Assembly (NCBI RefSeq): GCF_004010195.1
Contig: NC_057751.1
Location: 6,704,863-6,767,770, forward strand
Length of the DNA stretch: 62,908 nt
Reading direction: 5' to 3'
DNA from: Chiloscyllium plagiosum
Taxonomy: Eukaryota
Shown here: piece by piece, positions 61,075 to 62,908 of the stretch
How the letters are laid out: every line of letters begins with the position of its first letter
Numbering within the stretch: the first letter of the stretch is position 1
Program-made: the position numbers and the translations under genes
The notes under the pieces: model-generated
Databases searched by the model: none
What the model saw: only the letters and a program-made list of their open reading frames with translations
Told to the model about the DNA's origin: nothing

Positions 61075-61945
61075 CAGGTGTTTACTATAAGCATGTTTTG
61101 CTTTTTCCCCGCTCAGATATGTCATGCAGTTCTGGCTTAACAGTTGTCTGATCTCTTGATCATTCTCATCAAACCAGTCTTGGTGTTTCCCAGTTGAGTG
61201 GCCAACCAGACAGTTTTTACAGACATTGATAATGGCTGTCCTAAGGACTGACTAGGGCTGTCGGGATCAGTATCACTGAGGGTCACTAGGTTTGTGGAGA
61301 GCATCGTGGTTTAGAGAGCTCTGGTGGTTCCAGCCCTTGATATGGCTCTGAGATGTGGACTGTCCACACAGCCACTTCAAGGTGCAAGAGCAGTCCCACC
61401 GACACTGCCTGCACGACATCTGCAAATCCACAGGAAAGAAAGACACAGTAACACCAGTGTCCATGACAAGGCCAACATTCGCAGCATCGACACACTGACC
61501 ATCCTTGATTGGCTGCGATGGGGCTGGGCTTGTTGTCTGCATTGACCAACATGAGACTCCCCAAGCAAGTGCTCTATTCCCAGCTCCGAAACGGCAGTTG
61601 AGCCCCAGGTGGACAGAGGGAGTACTTCAGGGATACCCTCAAAGCCTCGCTGGTGAAGTGCAGCATTCCCACAGACACCTGGGAATTACTGGCTCAAGAC
61701 TGTCCAAAGTGGAGGAGGAGCATCCAAGAAGGCATCGAGCAGCTTGAGACATGCCGTCGGGAAAAAGCAGAAGCCAGGCCAAAGGAGTGTGCTGCCATAC
61801 CAATGTCCCACCAACCCCTCCTGACGCCCACCTTCTGTCCCACATGTATCAGTGCCTATGGTAGCTGTGTTGGTCTGCAGAGCCATCTACAGACTTACCC
61901 AGAGAATGGTGGAGTCATCCTAGTCTATGAGGGACCACCAATGAT
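61075..61945 (+). mobile_element. RTE-clade LINE with an inverted 5' segment
   Basis: Plus 61314-61945: RALVVPAL..GSEMWT, RLPKQVLYS, GGQR, DTLKASL, DTWELLAQDCPKWRRSI, CPTC..H. Minus 61313-61075: GHSTGKHQDWFDENDQEIRQLL. Confidence 0.85.
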
Positions 61946-62094
61946 AAATGTTTGTCATTTTTTGGTCAATAGGCAGCTACCGCACTTGAATTGGAACTTA
62001 GTTAACTGGATCAAAATGAAGGAGTCAGTTCATTTACAAGATTTTCTGGGGCTACAAGAAAATAAAAATACAACATTGAACACACATAGGTAGG

Positions 62095-62830
62095 CAAACG
62101 TGAGGACTGCAGACGCTGGAAATCAGAATCAAGATTAGAGTGGTGCTGGAAAAGCACAGCAGGTCAGGCAGCATCCGAAGAACAGGAAAATCAACGTTTT
62201 GGGCAAAAGCCCTTCATCAGGAATAAAAGCAGAGAGCCTCGAGTGTGGAGAGATAGATGGCGGGGGGAGGGGGGTGGTGAGGCTAGAGAGAGGGTAGCAA
62301 AGAGTACAATAGGTGGATGGGGGTGGGGATGAAGGTTATAGGTCAGAGAGAAGGGTGGAATGGATAGGTGGGAAGGAAGATTGGCAAGTAGGACAGGTCA
62401 TGAGGATGGTGCTGAGCTGGAAGTTTGGAACTGGGGTGAGGTGGGGGAAGGAGAAATTAGGAAACCGGTGAAGTCCACATTGATGCCCTGGGGTTGAAGT
62501 GTTCCGAGGCTGAAGATGAGGCGTTCTTACTCCAGGTGTCAGGTGGTGAGGGAGTGGCGGTGGAGGCGGCCCAGGACCTGCATGTCCTCAGCAGAGTGGG
62601 AAGGGGAGTTGAAATGTTGAGCCATGGGGTGGTGGGGTTGATTGATGGGGTGTCCTGGAGATGTTCCTTAAAGCGCTATGCAAGAAGGTGTCCAGCCTCC
62701 CCAATGTAGAGGAGACCACATCAGGAGCAACGGATACAATAAATGACATTGGTGGATGTGCAGGTGAAACTTTGATGCATTTGGAAGTCTCCTTTGGGGC
62801 CTTGGATAGAAGTGAGGAGGTGGGGGAGTG
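62095..62830 (-). mobile_element. Penelope-like retroelement 3' part (family B; GIY-YIG plus pLTR)
   Basis: NVIYCIRCS*CGLLYIGE segment, LE*ERLIFSLGTLQPQGINVDF; hammerhead at 62187-62224 with CpG-type decay. Confidence 0.92.
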
Positions 62831-62908
62831 GCGTTTTTGATAAGAGATAGCATTACTGCTGTACTTAGGGAGGATATTCCTGGAAATACATCCAGGGAAG
62901 TTATTTGG

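Noticed and set aside
1..62908. ORF-track entries as host protein-coding genes
   Set aside because: The recognisable ones are frameshifted CR1, PLE or RTE fragments or their antisense frames; the rest are short and show no recognisable domain.

Overview
Eukaryotic, non-coding, repeat-rich window from a cartilaginous fish. The taxon is inferred from HE1-type V-SINEs, HER1/CR1 LINEs with shared tails, Deu-domain SINE remnants and shark-type Penelope and LTR families. I recognise no intact host gene, and the ORFs I can assign are all fragments of decayed transposons, so this is probably a large intron or gene desert. Contents: many CR1-clade LINE pieces (one near full length with an ORF1 SGNH esterase), four Penelope-like (PLE) retroelements with RT and/or GIY-YIG remnants, at least three solo LTRs, an RTE LINE with a 5' inversion, a Harbinger-type Myb/SANT remnant, and several repeat-free blocks that look like conserved non-coding elements. 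The most striking structure is a set of seven short (about 90-460 bp) fold-back insertions made from PLE 3' termini. Six have 9-16 bp target-site duplications and five have a roughly 35-nt arm asymmetry. They carry or end at minimal hammerhead ribozyme motifs, and two 5' ends fall at the predicted self-cleavage site. All family assignments were made by eye, without database searches, and boundaries of old repeats are approximate.
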